Assembly: GCA_902609885.1 (NCBI GenBank)
Contig: CACLTT010000006.1
Location: forward strand, 6,802 to 70,801
Reading direction: 5' to 3'
Source of the DNA: an uncultured Candidatus Hydrogenedens sp.
Lineage (GTDB): Bacteria; Desulfobacterota_D; UBA1144
DNA: 64,000 bases
Position numbers and translations under genes: made by a program
Notes under the pieces: generated by a model
What the model was told of the DNA's origin: nothing
The model's input: only the letters and a program-made list of their open reading frames with translations
Database searches by the model: none
In this document: positions 55,001-64,000 of the stretch, piece after piece
How the letters are laid out: every line of letters begins with the position of its first letter
Numbering within the stretch: position 1 is the stretch's first letter

Positions 55001-56107
55001 TTTAGGAAGCCCACACTGATGTAACTTTAATTGAGGGCCAACAACTATTACAGACCTACCAGAGTAATCGACTCTTTTCCCTAACAAGTTCTGTCTAAAT
55101 CTACCCTGCTTTCCTTTAATAATATCGCTTAAACTTTTTAAAGGCCTATGATTATGTCCTAAAACAGGTCGGCCTCTTCTTCCATTCTCAAATAATGCAT
55201 CAACTGATTCTTGTAGCATTCTTTTTTCATTTCTAATGATGATATCAGGAGCACCCAATTCCATTAATTTTTTTAATCTATTATTTCTATTAATAACTCT
55301 TCTATACAAATCATTTAAATCTGAAGTGGCAAATCTGCCACCATCGAGTGGAACCAATGGTCTAAGATCGGGGGGTAAAACAGGTAGTCTTTTTAAAATC
55401 ATCCATTCAGGTTTATTTCCTGAACTCCTGAAAGCCTCTACAATTCTAAGTCGTTTTGATAATTTTACTTTTTTTAAAGGCGAAGTTGTTGACCTAAGTT
55501 CTTGTTTTAAATCAACAGATAGTGCCTCTAAATCAATGTCTTGTAGCATTGTTCTTATAGTTTCAGCACCCATTCCAACAAGTAGAAAAAAATTATCATC
55601 TATAAGCTTTCTATAAGCATCCTCTGAGATAACTTGCCCAATCTTCAAGCCAGTATCACCAGGGTCAGTTATTACATATGATTCAAAATATAAAACTTTT
55701 TCAAGGTCTTTCAATGTCATATCCAGTAAAGATCCAATCCTACTCGGCACACTTTTTAGAAACCAAATATGGGCGACAGGAGAGCAAAGTTCTATGTGAC
55801 CCATCCTAAATCTTCTTACCTTACTAGAAATAACTTCAACCCCACACTTTTCACAAGTATGATTTCTATGTTTTAGCCTTTTATATTTTCCACAAAGACA
55901 TTCAAAATCTTTAACAGGTCCAAAAATTTTGGCACAGAATAGACCATATTTTTCTGGTTTAAATGTTCTGTAATTTATAGTTTCTGGCTTTTTTATTTCA
56001 CCATAAGACCAATCCTTAATCTCTTCAGGTGAGGCAATACTGATTTTAATCGATTTAAAATCAGATGGATTCTTTGGTTTATCAAATAATACTCCCATAT
56101 CTAGCAT
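52031..56107 (-). CDS. rpoC: DNA-directed RNA polymerase subunit beta'
   Basis: 1358 aa, NADFDGDQM. It carries a large SI3-like insertion in the trigger loop, between MRTFHIGG and [18 protein letters not shown]. Confidence 0.97.
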   Translation of the reverse strand: MLDMGVLFDKPKNPSDFKSIKISIASPEEIKDWSYGEIKKPETINYRTFKPEKYGLFCAKIFGPVKDFECLCGKYKRLKHRNHTCEKCGVEVISSKVRRFRMGHIELCSPVAHIWFLKSVPSRIGSLLDMTLKDLEKVLYFESYVITDPGDTGLKIGQVISEDAYRKLIDDNFFLLVGMGAETIRTMLQDIDLEALSVDLKQELRSTTSPLKKVKLSKRLRIVEAFRSSGNKPEWMILKRLPVLPPDLRPLVPLDGGRFATSDLNDLYRRVINRNNRLKKLMELGAPDIIIRNEKRMLQESVDALFENGRRGRPVLGHNHRPLKSLSDIIKGKQGRFRQNLLGKRVDYSGRSVIVVGPQLKLHQCGLPKKMALELFRPFIYQKLELWGHAATIKIAKNLVEQQAPIVWDALDDVIKEHPVMLNRAPTLHRLSVQAFEPVLVEDKAIQLHPLVCPAFNADFDGDQMAVHVPLSVEAQTECRTLIMSTNNILSPAHGKPIILPSQDIVLGIYYISREVPGVKGEGKIFSSIDELRSAFDLGNVHIHAKIKININGKVENTTVGRALIFEVMPDEVPFELVNRLMTKKAIEELIDSTFRISGGKSTVLLADRLRTLGFQHSTTSGISVSIADMIIPDEKNELIQKAEDEVNNVKDQYLQGLITEGERYNKVIDVWARTGDEIANFLMERIASSETSNNGKSDASPSSNPIFMMVESGARGSQSQVRQLAGMRGLMAKPSGEIIETPITSNFREGLSVLQYFISTHGARKGLADTALKTANAGYLTRRLVDVAQDVMVTEYDCGTNEGVELTQLIEGGEVVSSVGTRALGRIVAEDVIDPLSGEKILSRNQEVDESAAKRIDDLPGSPKIKIRSVLTCECETGVCALCYGRNLASGELVNIGEAVGIIAAQSIGEPGTQLTMRTFHIGGVAKIEQSRHEAKNSGKIKFIDLNYVKSGDSNICTSKTAEIVIEDSSTSLELERYPLTIGAKIHFNENDSVKKGSVIAEWDPTIFPFVAEESGHVEYKDLEANVTFKETVDPYTGLSNKEVIQFKNQKLNPALILVTKSGDRFEYPMPGGAEIRKDDGEKVEPGEFIASLPQTKAQTKDITGGLPRVAELFEARPPKDPAIVSEIEGVVSFGKDIKAKKRIIVTPSVGDPKEYLVPKSKHILVREGENITAGDQIVDGAPDPHDILKIKGEKELSKYIVDEIQDVYRLQGVRINDKHIEIITRQMLKRVKITDSGDTTLLIGEAVEKSEFIKTNKQVLSEGGQPAKAEPLLLGITRASLSTKSWLSAASFQETTKVLTDASCEGKIDELSGLKENVIMGRLIPAGTGLPLYSDTDVEINAPEIEVPEAVITENI

Positions 56108-56125
56108 ATGATTTCCTCCAAAATT

Positions 56126-59100
56126 CTAGCCTTCTGCATCTAACTCTTCCCCTTTATCAATCATTTCAATATTTAAACCAAGAGATTTTAATTCATTTGT
56201 TAAAACATTAAAAGATTCTGGTATTCCTGGTTCAAATTTCAATTTATTTTTTACAATTGAATCAAAAAGCCTAGTTCTCCCTATTACATCATCAGACTTT
56301 ACTGTTAAGAATTCTTGCAATGTATTTGCAGCACCGTAAGCTTCTAAAGCCCAGACCTCCATTTCACCTAATCGCTGTCCACCAAAATGAGATTTTCCAC
56401 CTAATGGTTGTTGAGTTACAAGTGAATATGGTCCAATTGCTCTTGCATGAATTTTTTCTTCAACTAAATGATGCAATTTTATCATATACATTATTCCAAC
56501 CGTTACACGTTGATCAAAAGCTTCACCTGTCTGACCATTAAACAAGGTAAGTTTTCCATCTTCAGGAAAATGATTCTCAGCTAGTAAAGATCTTATGTCT
56601 GATTCTTTTACACCTTCAAAAATTGGAGTCTCTACAGGAACACCATCGGATAATCTTTTAGCAAGATCTAACATATCTTCTTCTGAAAGTTTCTTAATGC
56701 TATTTATATAATCAATATCATTTTTATAAAAACTTGTAAGCAATTCTTTAAGCTTAGCTATATTTGGAAATTTATTATTTAATTCATAATCTATTTGGTT
56801 GCCTAACGCTTTAGCCGCTAAGCCTAAATGGGTTTCCAAAATTTGACCAACATTCATTCTTGATGGAACACCTAAAGGATTTAAGACCATATCAACAGGG
56901 GTACCATCAGGTAAATATGGCATATCCTCAACAGGTAATACACGGGAAACAACTCCCTTGTTTCCATGTCTACCAGCCATCTTATCACCTACTTGGTGTT
57001 TTCTTTTGACAGCTACATAAACTTTGATAACTTTTAAAACACCAGGCTGTAAATCGTCAGGTTGTGATAATTTTTCTATTTCTGAATTAATTCTATTTGA
57101 TACACTTTCCATTTTTTCATTACTAATTTTCAAAATCATCTCAATATCTTTTAAACATGAATTCTTATCATCAAATTCAATAGTAATTATTTTTTCATAT
57201 GGAACCAAATTAAAAGAATCAGAAGTTATTTCTTTAGTCTTTTTCAGGACAATTTTTCTACCAGATCTGACATCATTATTAGAAACTTTACCCACAAATA
57301 TATTCTTCAATTTAGATCTTGCTTCACTTACTATGTAGTCTTCCTCTTTTTGTAATTCTGCTTTTAATTCAAGAACTTCTGGTGATCCTGATCTGGATTG
57401 ATCTTGCTTGTCACCTAATCTAGAGACAAGAGTTTTGACATCTAAAACTATACCATTCACGCCTGGGGGTACCCTTAAAGAAGTGTCTTTGACATCTCCC
57501 GCTTTATCACCAAAAATTGCTCTAAGAAGTCTTTCTTCTGGGGATAATTGTGTTTCCCCCTTAGGTGAAATTTTACCTACTAAGATATCGTTTGGATCCA
57601 CCTCAGCTCCAATTTGAATAACACCATCTTTATCTAAAAAAGATAGATTTTCTTCATTTACATTTGGAATATCTCGAGTTATTTCTTCTTTGCCAAGTTT
57701 AGTTTCTCTAGATACACACTCAAATTCTTCAATATGAAGAGATGTAAAAGTATCCTCTTTGGACAGTCTCTCACTGATTAGTATTGCATCCTCAAAATTG
57801 TATCCTCCCCAGGCCATAAATGCGATTAATACATTTTTACCTAAAGCTAATTCGCCATATTCTGTGGAGGGGCCATCAGCTATTATATCACCATTGAATA
57901 TTCTCTGTCCTTTTTTGACAAGAGGTTTTTGATTCCAACATGTATTTTGATTTGAGCGTTGAAATTTTATAAGATCGTAAATATCTGAGGCCTCACCTGA
58001 AGAAGTATCATCTTTCTTAATAACAATTTTTGAAGAATCAACATAATCAACAATCCCGTCATTTTTAGCAATTACATTAACACCAGAGTCTCGAGATATA
58101 TTTTTTTCGAATCCTGTCCCAACTAAAGGAGCAGAAGATTTCAATAGAGGAACTGCTTGTCTTTGCATATTTGATCCCATGAGTGCTCTATTAGCGTCAT
58201 CATGTTCAAGAAAAGGAATTAATGATGATGAAACTGAAACTAATTGAGCTGGAGAAACATCCATTAATTGAACATTTTCTTTTTGAACAACTTCAAATTC
58301 CCCAGAATTACGTGCATCCACAAAGTCGTTAATAAATTCACCTTTTTCGTCAATTTCCGCATTTGCTTGTGCTATAGTATAGTCTTCTTCTTCTAAAGCA
58401 TTTAAATATTTAATTTTATTAGTGACTTTTGAGTTACTTACTTCTCTGTAGGGTGTAAGTATAAAACCATGCTCATTAATTTTAGAGTAAGTGCTTAAAC
58501 TAGAAATCAAACCTATATTAGGACCTTCTGGAGTTTCAATAGGACAAATTCTTCCATAATGTGAGGAATGAACATCTCTTACCTCAAAGCCCGCCCTTTC
58601 TCTGGTCAAACCACCTGGTCCAAGAGCACTCAATCTTCTTTTATGAGTTATTTCGGATAATGGATTTGTTTGATCCATAAATTGTGAAAGTTGACCAGTT
58701 GCAAAAAATTCTTTAACTACAGAGGTCACACTTTTAGGAATAACAATATCAGAAGGAAACATTTCATCTACAACATTGTACATAAGCTTTTCTCTAATAC
58801 TTTTGGCGAGTCGCTCAAGACCAACAAAAAATCTATCTTCAATTAGTTCCCCAACGGTTCTTACTCTTCTATTACCTAAATGATCAATGTCATCAACTTC
58901 GCCACGCCCTGATTTTAATAATAATAGATATTTGAAAGACTCTAAGATATCACGGGAATCAAGACAGAGTTTTGAATTTGATACACCATGATTAAGCTTA
59001 TAATTTATCTTCATCCTTCCAACACGCGACAATCTATATGTATCTTCATTAAAAAACATATTCTCAAAAAAAGTTGTTGCAACTTTAGGAGTCGGGGGAT

Positions 59101-60286
59101 CAGTAGGTCTGAATTTTTTGTATATTTCAGAAACCGCTTGCTCTTTTGTTAGGACTTTAGTCTTTGACAACATTTCATTTACAGTTATTACAAGAGAATT
59201 TGTATAAAAATTATTATCAACAAAATATATTTCAAAATTATTTATATTATTATTTTTAATATATTCAATAGTCTCATCAGTAATTTCTTCAATCAAGCTT
59301 GATTCAATTGGATTCTCTTTATCAAATGTCCCATCAAATTTTTTTACCAAATAAGATCCAAGCAACTCATCCTCTGGCACATGCAAGCTAGTCAATTTAT
59401 CATTCTTTATTTTTTCAACTATTCTCTCATTAAATCTTCTGTTTTCCCTGACTATTAAATTTCCTTTGGAATCCATTACATCGTGAGAAGCTCTTTGAAA
59501 AGGTAAAAGATCAAAATTGATATCTTTCTCAAAATCTTTTCCGTTAAATCTTATACTTTCTTTTTTATAGAAATTATTTAGTATAGTTTTTATATCCTGC
59601 CCCAAAGCAAGCATTAAAAGTGTTGAGTGGAATTTCTTTTTTCTATCAATTCTAACAAATAAAATATCTTTAGAGTCAAATTCAAAATCAAGCCATCTTC
59701 CATCTTGGGGTACTATTCTGGCAGTAAAGCTTGTTTTTCCAGTGGTTGTTAAATCTTTAGCAGTTCTTTGGGCATCAAAAAAAACTCCTGGGGATCTGTG
59801 CAATTGGTTAACAATTACTCTTTCGGTACCATTGATTATAAATGCACCATTTGGCGTCATAATTGGAATTTCACCAAAAAATACTTCTTGCTGTTTAATA
59901 TCTTTTACACGCTTTGTTTCTAAAATTGGATTCTCGTTTTCATCTAGATCGTATTCCCAAGTGCAAAGATCAAATTTTACATATATAGCAGATTGATAGT
60001 TATATCCCTTCAGTTTACACTCAGAAAGACTATATTTTGGCTCCTCTACTCTATATGAAACATAGCTTAAAGAAGCTCTGCCTTGATAATCTTCAATCGG
60101 GAAAGAAGCTTTAAAAACTTTTTGTAGACCAATATTTTCTCTTTTATCAGGATCTACAGCTGCTTGAACTAACAGGTTAAATGATTCCTTCTGAACGCTA
60201 AGTAAGTCAGGAATGTCGGTAACTGATTTAATACTATCTCTAAAACTTTTTCTATGTTTAGTTAAAAGAATATTTTCTTTTTGCAA
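56126..60286 (-). CDS. rpoB: DNA-directed RNA polymerase subunit beta
   Basis: 1386 aa with conserved beta motifs and proteobacterial-style lineage insertions. Confidence 0.97.
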   Translation of the reverse strand: MQKENILLTKHRKSFRDSIKSVTDIPDLLSVQKESFNLLVQAAVDPDKRENIGLQKVFKASFPIEDYQGRASLSYVSYRVEEPKYSLSECKLKGYNYQSAIYVKFDLCTWEYDLDENENPILETKRVKDIKQQEVFFGEIPIMTPNGAFIINGTERVIVNQLHRSPGVFFDAQRTAKDLTTTGKTSFTARIVPQDGRWLDFEFDSKDILFVRIDRKKKFHSTLLMLALGQDIKTILNNFYKKESIRFNGKDFEKDINFDLLPFQRASHDVMDSKGNLIVRENRRFNERIVEKIKNDKLTSLHVPEDELLGSYLVKKFDGTFDKENPIESSLIEEITDETIEYIKNNNINNFEIYFVDNNFYTNSLVITVNEMLSKTKVLTKEQAVSEIYKKFRPTDPPTPKVATTFFENMFFNEDTYRLSRVGRMKINYKLNHGVSNSKLCLDSRDILESFKYLLLLKSGRGEVDDIDHLGNRRVRTVGELIEDRFFVGLERLAKSIREKLMYNVVDEMFPSDIVIPKSVTSVVKEFFATGQLSQFMDQTNPLSEITHKRRLSALGPGGLTRERAGFEVRDVHSSHYGRICPIETPEGPNIGLISSLSTYSKINEHGFILTPYREVSNSKVTNKIKYLNALEEEDYTIAQANAEIDEKGEFINDFVDARNSGEFEVVQKENVQLMDVSPAQLVSVSSSLIPFLEHDDANRALMGSNMQRQAVPLLKSSAPLVGTGFEKNISRDSGVNVIAKNDGIVDYVDSSKIVIKKDDTSSGEASDIYDLIKFQRSNQNTCWNQKPLVKKGQRIFNGDIIADGPSTEYGELALGKNVLIAFMAWGGYNFEDAILISERLSKEDTFTSLHIEEFECVSRETKLGKEEITRDIPNVNEENLSFLDKDGVIQIGAEVDPNDILVGKISPKGETQLSPEERLLRAIFGDKAGDVKDTSLRVPPGVNGIVLDVKTLVSRLGDKQDQSRSGSPEVLELKAELQKEEDYIVSEARSKLKNIFVGKVSNNDVRSGRKIVLKKTKEITSDSFNLVPYEKIITIEFDDKNSCLKDIEMILKISNEKMESVSNRINSEIEKLSQPDDLQPGVLKVIKVYVAVKRKHQVGDKMAGRHGNKGVVSRVLPVEDMPYLPDGTPVDMVLNPLGVPSRMNVGQILETHLGLAAKALGNQIDYELNNKFPNIAKLKELLTSFYKNDIDYINSIKKLSEEDMLDLAKRLSDGVPVETPIFEGVKESDIRSLLAENHFPEDGKLTLFNGQTGEAFDQRVTVGIMYMIKLHHLVEEKIHARAIGPYSLVTQQPLGGKSHFGGQRLGEMEVWALEAYGAANTLQEFLTVKSDDVIGRTRLFDSIVKNKLKFEPGIPESFNVLTNELKSLGLNIEMIDKGEELDAEG

Positions 60287-60323
60287 AAATTCACCTCTTG
60301 GACTAAAATAATTTAAAAAAAAA

Positions 60324-60713
60324 TTAAGCGACTTCTACTTTAGCGCCAACTTCTTCTAATTTCTTTTTAATTTCGTCTGCCTCTTCTTTCTTAACGCCTT
60401 GTTTAAGGGGTTTAGGTGCAGACTCAACAAGCTCTTTAGCTTCTTTAAGTCCAAGTGCAGTGACTTCTCTAACAATTTTAATAACTTTAATCTTCTCTCC
60501 ACCAGCTTCGCTTAGGGTAATATCAAATTCAGTCTTTTCTTCTCCCGCAGCTTCAGCTGGGGCAGCACCACCAGCAGGGGCAGCAGCTACAGCAACAGGA
60601 GCAGCGGCTTGAACGCCAAACTTTTCTTCGATATCTTTTACTAGTTCGGAAATCTCTAATAAATTAGCATTTTCTAAATAACTAATAACATCTTCTCTTG
60701 ATACTTCAGGCAT
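60324..60713 (-). CDS. rplL: 50S ribosomal protein L7/L12
   Basis: 129 aa with an Ala/Pro-rich hinge. Confidence 0.93.
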   Translation of the reverse strand: MPEVSREDVISYLENANLLEISELVKDIEEKFGVQAAAPVAVAAAPAGGAAPAEAAGEEKTEFDITLSEAGGEKIKVIKIVREVTALGLKEAKELVESAPKPLKQGVKKEEADEIKKKLEEVGAKVEVA

Positions 60714-60749
60714 AATTTCCTCCGGATATTGAACTCGTATTATATATGG

Positions 60750-61265
60750 TTATTTTTTATCTTTCAAGTTATTTAATACATTTACCAAACTTGATGGTAT
60801 TGATTTTGCGGCATAAAGAAATTTAACAGCAGGCTGGTTTATAACAGAAAGAAACTGTGAAATCAAAATTTCTCTAGACGGTAGTTTTGAAATTGCCTCT
60901 AATTGGTTGACGGTTATTACATTTCCATCAATATAGCCAAATTTAATCTCAAAAACAGGGCTTTCTTTTTTTATATCCATAAAAGATTTAGCCGCCTCTA
61001 CATAATTATCATTCAGTAAAGCTATAGCTGTTTCTCCTCTTAATTCACTGAAATATTCCTCAAAATCTGTGTTAAGAGTGGCTTTCTGAAGTAAGCTATT
61101 TTTAACAACAGAAATTTTAGTATCTAATTCGCGAAAAGCTTTTCTTAACTTTTCAAATTCTGAAACTTTTGAACCCGAATAATTAATTAAAATAAAAGAA
61201 GGCGAGGCATTTAGCGCCTCTGAATATACAGATACAATTGACTCTTTTTGGCTCTTTTTTAACAT
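60750..61265 (-). CDS. rplJ: 50S ribosomal protein L10
   Basis: 171 aa, called by position and overall pattern. Confidence 0.88.
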   Translation of the reverse strand: MLKKSQKESIVSVYSEALNASPSFILINYSGSKVSEFEKLRKAFRELDTKISVVKNSLLQKATLNTDFEEYFSELRGETAIALLNDNYVEAAKSFMDIKKESPVFEIKFGYIDGNVITVNQLEAISKLPSREILISQFLSVINQPAVKFLYAAKSIPSSLVNVLNNLKDKK

Positions 61266-61987
61266 TAAGCAGCTACCCCATTTTTAATTTCTTCTTTTAG
61301 GGATGAAACGTCAATTTTTATTCCTGGCCCCATGGTTGATGAGATAGTTAATTTTTTCATAAAAATTCCTTTTGAGGAAGAAGGTTTAGCAGTTAATAAA
61401 GAATCCATTAAATAATAAATATTATCAAGTATCTTGGCTAAATCAAAAGATTTTTTGGCAGCAGGAAAATTTGCAAGTGCGAGTTTATCATTTTTTATTT
61501 CTATTCTACCAAGCTTGGATTCTTTAACAGCTTTTTCGATATCTTTTGTAACAGTTCCCATTTTAGGGCTAGGCATAATACCTTTTGGTCCTAGGACTTT
61601 ACCTAGCTTTCCTACTTTGGGCATTAATTCCGGTATTGCTATCACCACATCATAGTCTGTCCAGTTTTCATTAATAATTTTATCTATTATTTCTTCTCCT
61701 CCAACGTGATCGGCTCCTGCATCAGTAGCTTTTAATATGTAATCACCATTACAAATAGCTAACACTTTTACAGATTTACCTAAAGAATGAGGAGGAATTA
61801 CAGCATATTTAATTTGTTCATCAGACTTTTTTGGATCAATTCCTAACTGAACAGAAATATCAATTGTTTCATCAAATTTAGAAGAATCAATTTCTTTAAT
61901 TATCTCAATTGCTTGTTTAACTGAGTAAAACTTATTCTTTTCAAATTTAGAATTAATATTTTCAATTTTATCCTTTAATTTACTCAT
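61265..61987 (-). CDS. rplA: 50S ribosomal protein L1
   Basis: 240 aa. Confidence 0.9.
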   Translation of the reverse strand: MSKLKDKIENINSKFEKNKFYSVKQAIEIIKEIDSSKFDETIDISVQLGIDPKKSDEQIKYAVIPPHSLGKSVKVLAICNGDYILKATDAGADHVGGEEIIDKIINENWTDYDVVIAIPELMPKVGKLGKVLGPKGIMPSPKMGTVTKDIEKAVKESKLGRIEIKNDKLALANFPAAKKSFDLAKILDNIYYLMDSLLTAKPSSSKGIFMKKLTISSTMGPGIKIDVSSLKEEIKNGVAA

Positions 61988-62407
61988 TTAGCTTGATACC
62001 TCAACACCCATACTTTTCGCTGTACCTTCGACAATTTTCATTGCAGCAGAAATATCATTCGCATTTAAATCATTAATTTTTGTTTTTGCAATATCTTCAA
62101 CTTGAGATTTTGAAATCTTTCCAACCTTGACAATCGGGGTTGTTTGAGAACCTTTTTTAATATTTGCAGCTTGTTTAATTAGGTATGAAACTGGAGGTGT
62201 TTTAACCTGAAAACTAAAAGACCTATCTTCGTAGACGGTAACTACAACCGGAATAATTCCTTCTTTTTTTTGAGTTTCTGCATTGAAAGCTTTACAAAAC
62301 TCCATAATGTTCACCCCTTTTTGACCTAATGCTGGTCCAATAGGAGGTGCAGGGGAAGCTTTACCTGCTTCACACAACAATTTTAAACTTCCAGTTATTT
62401 TTTTCAT
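61988..62407 (-). CDS. rplK: 50S ribosomal protein L11
   Basis: 139 aa, [23 protein letters not shown]. Confidence 0.95.
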   Translation of the reverse strand: MKKITGSLKLLCEAGKASPAPPIGPALGQKGVNIMEFCKAFNAETQKKEGIIPVVVTVYEDRSFSFQVKTPPVSYLIKQAANIKKGSQTTPIVKVGKISKSQVEDIAKTKINDLNANDISAAMKIVEGTAKSMGVEVSS

Positions 62408-62964
62408 TAAATCTTTTCCACCTGATTAAAATCTAAATCTATTGGCGTTGCTCTACCAAAGATTTCAACTATAACTTGTATTTTACCTTTTTCAACTTTT
62501 ACTTCCTCAACTATACCTGTGAAGCTCTCAAATGGTCCTTCAGTAACTTTAACAGACTCTCCTTTATCAAACATTATTTTTGGTTTTGGTTTTAACGTAC
62601 CCTCTTCAATTTTATTTCTCATTTTATCGATTTCTGATTGTTCAACCGTGGGTACAGAATCAGGATCAAGTTTTCCATCTTTAATTTTACCACCTACAAA
62701 CCCTATAACTTTTGGGATATTTCTCAAGAAATGCCATGAATCATTACTCAGTTCGGTTTTGACTAAGAGATAACCTGGAAAAAATTTCTTTTCAATTTTC
62801 TTCTTTTTTCCGCCTTTTAATTGTTCCTCTAAAGTCTCTGTTGGAACAAGTACATCCGATATTAGGCCTGGACAATTATCAAGCTTCATTTGTTCAAAAA
62901 TATATCTTTTAACTGTATCTTCAAAACTTGTAGTAACGTGAACTACATACCACTTTTCTGACAT
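62407..62964 (-). CDS. nusG: transcription termination/antitermination factor NusG
   Basis: 185 aa, [18 protein letters not shown] and KOW domains. Confidence 0.93.
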   Translation of the reverse strand: MSEKWYVVHVTTSFEDTVKRYIFEQMKLDNCPGLISDVLVPTETLEEQLKGGKKKKIEKKFFPGYLLVKTELSNDSWHFLRNIPKVIGFVGGKIKDGKLDPDSVPTVEQSEIDKMRNKIEEGTLKPKPKIMFDKGESVKVTEGPFESFTGIVEEVKVEKGKIQVIVEIFGRATPIDLDFNQVEKI

Positions 62965-63146
62965 TAAAAACCACCTAAAAATAATTCTGTAATTTTTGAA
63001 AATAATAAATCTATTAAAAGCAAAATTACACCCAAAATAATAGTCACAACCACAACACCTGCAGTTGATTTAATATTCTCTGATTTATCAATCCATGAAA
63101 TTTTTCCTAATTCACTTTTGATATCATTAAAAAACTTTATAAACAT
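62964..63146 (-). CDS. secE: preprotein translocase subunit SecE
   Basis: 60 aa with a single TM, directly upstream of nusG. Confidence 0.85.
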   Translation of the reverse strand: MFIKFFNDIKSELGKISWIDKSENIKSTAGVVVVTIILGVILLLIDLLFSKITELFLGGF

Positions 63147-63169
63147 AATAACTAATTACAATCTCATAA

Positions 63170-63242
63170 CAGGGGTGGAGAGTCTCGAACTCCCGACCTA
63201 CGGTTTTGGAGACCGTCGCTCTACCAACTGAGCTACACCCCT
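63170..63242 (-). tRNA. tRNA-Trp (anticodon CCA)
   Basis: The minus-strand sequence reads AGGGGTGTAGCTCAGTTGGTAGAGCGACGGTCTCCAAAACCGTAGGTCGGGAGTTCGAGACTCTCCACCCCT, with a cloverleaf and a CU-CCA-AA anticodon loop. Confidence 0.9.
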
Positions 63243-63402
63243 ATTTAGTTTCCTTATATAAGCAATGTTTTTTACAATGCTTACAATATTTTTTTAGTTC
63301 AAGCTTATCACGTTGAACCTTTTTATTCTTTCTTATATGGTATCTACCTTTACCAATACAATCTGTGCACTCTAATGCTACTACAACTACATTATCTCCC
63401 AT
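63241..63402 (-). CDS. rpmG: 50S ribosomal protein L33 (zinc-ribbon type)
   Basis: The track ORF extends to 63441, but the conserved protein starts at the internal MGDNVVVVALECTDCIGKGRYHIRKNKKVQRDKLELKKYCKHCKKHCLYKETK (CxxC...CxxC). The stop overlaps tRNA-Trp by 2 nt. Confidence 0.85.
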   Translation of the reverse strand: MGDNVVVVALECTDCIGKGRYHIRKNKKVQRDKLELKKYCKHCKKHCLYKETK

Positions 63403-63464
63403 AACTATTAATCTACCTCTCAACTTTATTAGTAACAACAAATTATTACTAAAATTATTATTCT

Positions 63465-63536
<72 letters not shown>

Positions 63537-63539
63537 AAA

Positions 63540-63614
63540 AGCGGGAAACGGGACTCGAACCCGCGACCCTCTGCTTGGAAGGCAGATGCTCTAAGCCAAC
63601 TGAGCTACTCCCGC
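63540..63614 (-). tRNA. tRNA-Gly (anticodon UCC)
   Basis: Minus-strand GCGGGAGTAGCTCAGTTGGCTAGAGCATCTGCCTTCCAAGCAGAGGGTCGCGGGTTCGAGTCCCGTTTCCCGC, anticodon loop CT-TCC-AA. Confidence 0.88.
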
Positions 63615-63632
63615 GATAAGTCATAATATACC

Positions 63633-63716
63633 TGGGGATAGATGGATTCGAACCACCGTAGGCTTGCGCCGTCAGATTTACAGTCTGATGCATTTGTCCA
63701 CTCTGCCATATCCCCA
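63633..63716 (-). tRNA. tRNA-Tyr (anticodon GUA), long variable arm
   Basis: Minus-strand GGGGATATGGCAGAGTGGACAAATGCATCAGACTGTAAATCTGACGGCGCAAGCCTACGGTGGTTCGAATCCATCTATCCCCA, anticodon loop CT-GTA-AA, with a class II variable arm. Confidence 0.85.
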
Positions 63717-63722
63717 ATATTT

Positions 63723-63794
63723 AGCTGGCGAAGGGACTTGAACCCCCGACCGGCTGATTACAAATCAGCTGCTCTACCGCTGAGCTACGCCAGC
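63723..63794 (-). tRNA. tRNA-Thr (anticodon UGU)
   Basis: Minus-strand GCTGGCGTAGCTCAGCGGTAGAGCAGCTGATTTGTAATCAGCCGGTCGGGGGTTCAAGTCCCTTCGCCAGC, anticodon loop TT-TGT-AA. Confidence 0.88.
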
Positions 63795-63967
63795 AAAAAT
63801 ATAAAGCCGTATATTAACATACGCCTCATATATTCTCAATCCTGAAAAATATAAATTATTTTAAAACGGTTGCAGTTATATTTGCTTCAACTATAAGCTT
63901 GTCACTTTTGAAAGCTTGTCCCTTAATTTTAAATATATTCAATTTTGATTTTAGGAGTTGGGCTTTA

Positions 63968-64000
63968 ATGTTAAGTTTATCTCCTGGCAATGTTGGTGAC
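63968..64000 (+). CDS. 5' end of an unidentified CDS (MLSLSPGNVGD...) running off the window
   Basis: ATG at 63968 preceded by SD AGGAG at 63953-63957 with a 10-nt spacer. Only 11 codons are visible. Confidence 0.3.
   Translation, partial: MLSLSPGNVGD

Noticed and set aside
52620-60000. Multiple 60–126-aa ORFs antisense to rpoC/rpoB (52620..52811, 54472..54660, 55236..55616, 56320..56541, 57024..57338, 57408..57617, 59742..59996)
   Set aside because: Shadow ORFs opposite essential, conserved genes, with no independent signals.

Overview
The window is a dense, AT-rich (about 30% GC) stretch of a streamlined marine bacterial chromosome, almost fully coding, with many 1–20 nt gene overlaps. 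The left end (265–7715) holds a malic-enzyme gene translationally coupled to a Cys-rich 'PCYCGC'-like exported protein, ccmG, ccmH and a class II CPD photolyase. After it come an exported hypothetical, an MTHFR-like gene, ubiE and a luciferase-like monooxygenase. The centre (7727–26296, all minus strand) is one continuous ribosomal super-operon running str (rpsL-rpsG-fusA-tuf), S10, spc (no rpmD) with secY-adk-map-infA, then alpha (rpsM-rpsK-rpsD-rpoA-rplQ). Between rpsL and rpoC lies a roughly 26 kb block (26314–52034). It contains purD, a complete rhodopsin photosystem (blh-crtY-crtB-crtI plus a proteorhodopsin with the blue-tuning Q in 'VPLQMVEF'), glmS-glmU, ssb, a NUDIX CoA-pyrophosphatase, rpoZ and hisIE. 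It also contains a tandem pair of unusual FmdB-like split zinc-ribbon paralogs, a crotonase, era, aspS, an MtaB-like radical-SAM gene, mnmA, purL, purF and valS. The right end is rpoC-rpoB-rplL-rplJ-rplA-rplK-nusG-secE, then tRNA-Trp, rpmG and a tRNA Thr-Gly-Tyr-Thr cluster. The sequence shows no mobile elements, CRISPR arrays or long repeats. The most unusual items are small or uncharacterised genes near the rhodopsin gene, the FmdB-like pair, and the malic-enzyme-to-photolyase operon. Operon order and a Cys-less 61-aa S14 argue against the SAR11-type alphaproteobacterial origin one might assume.
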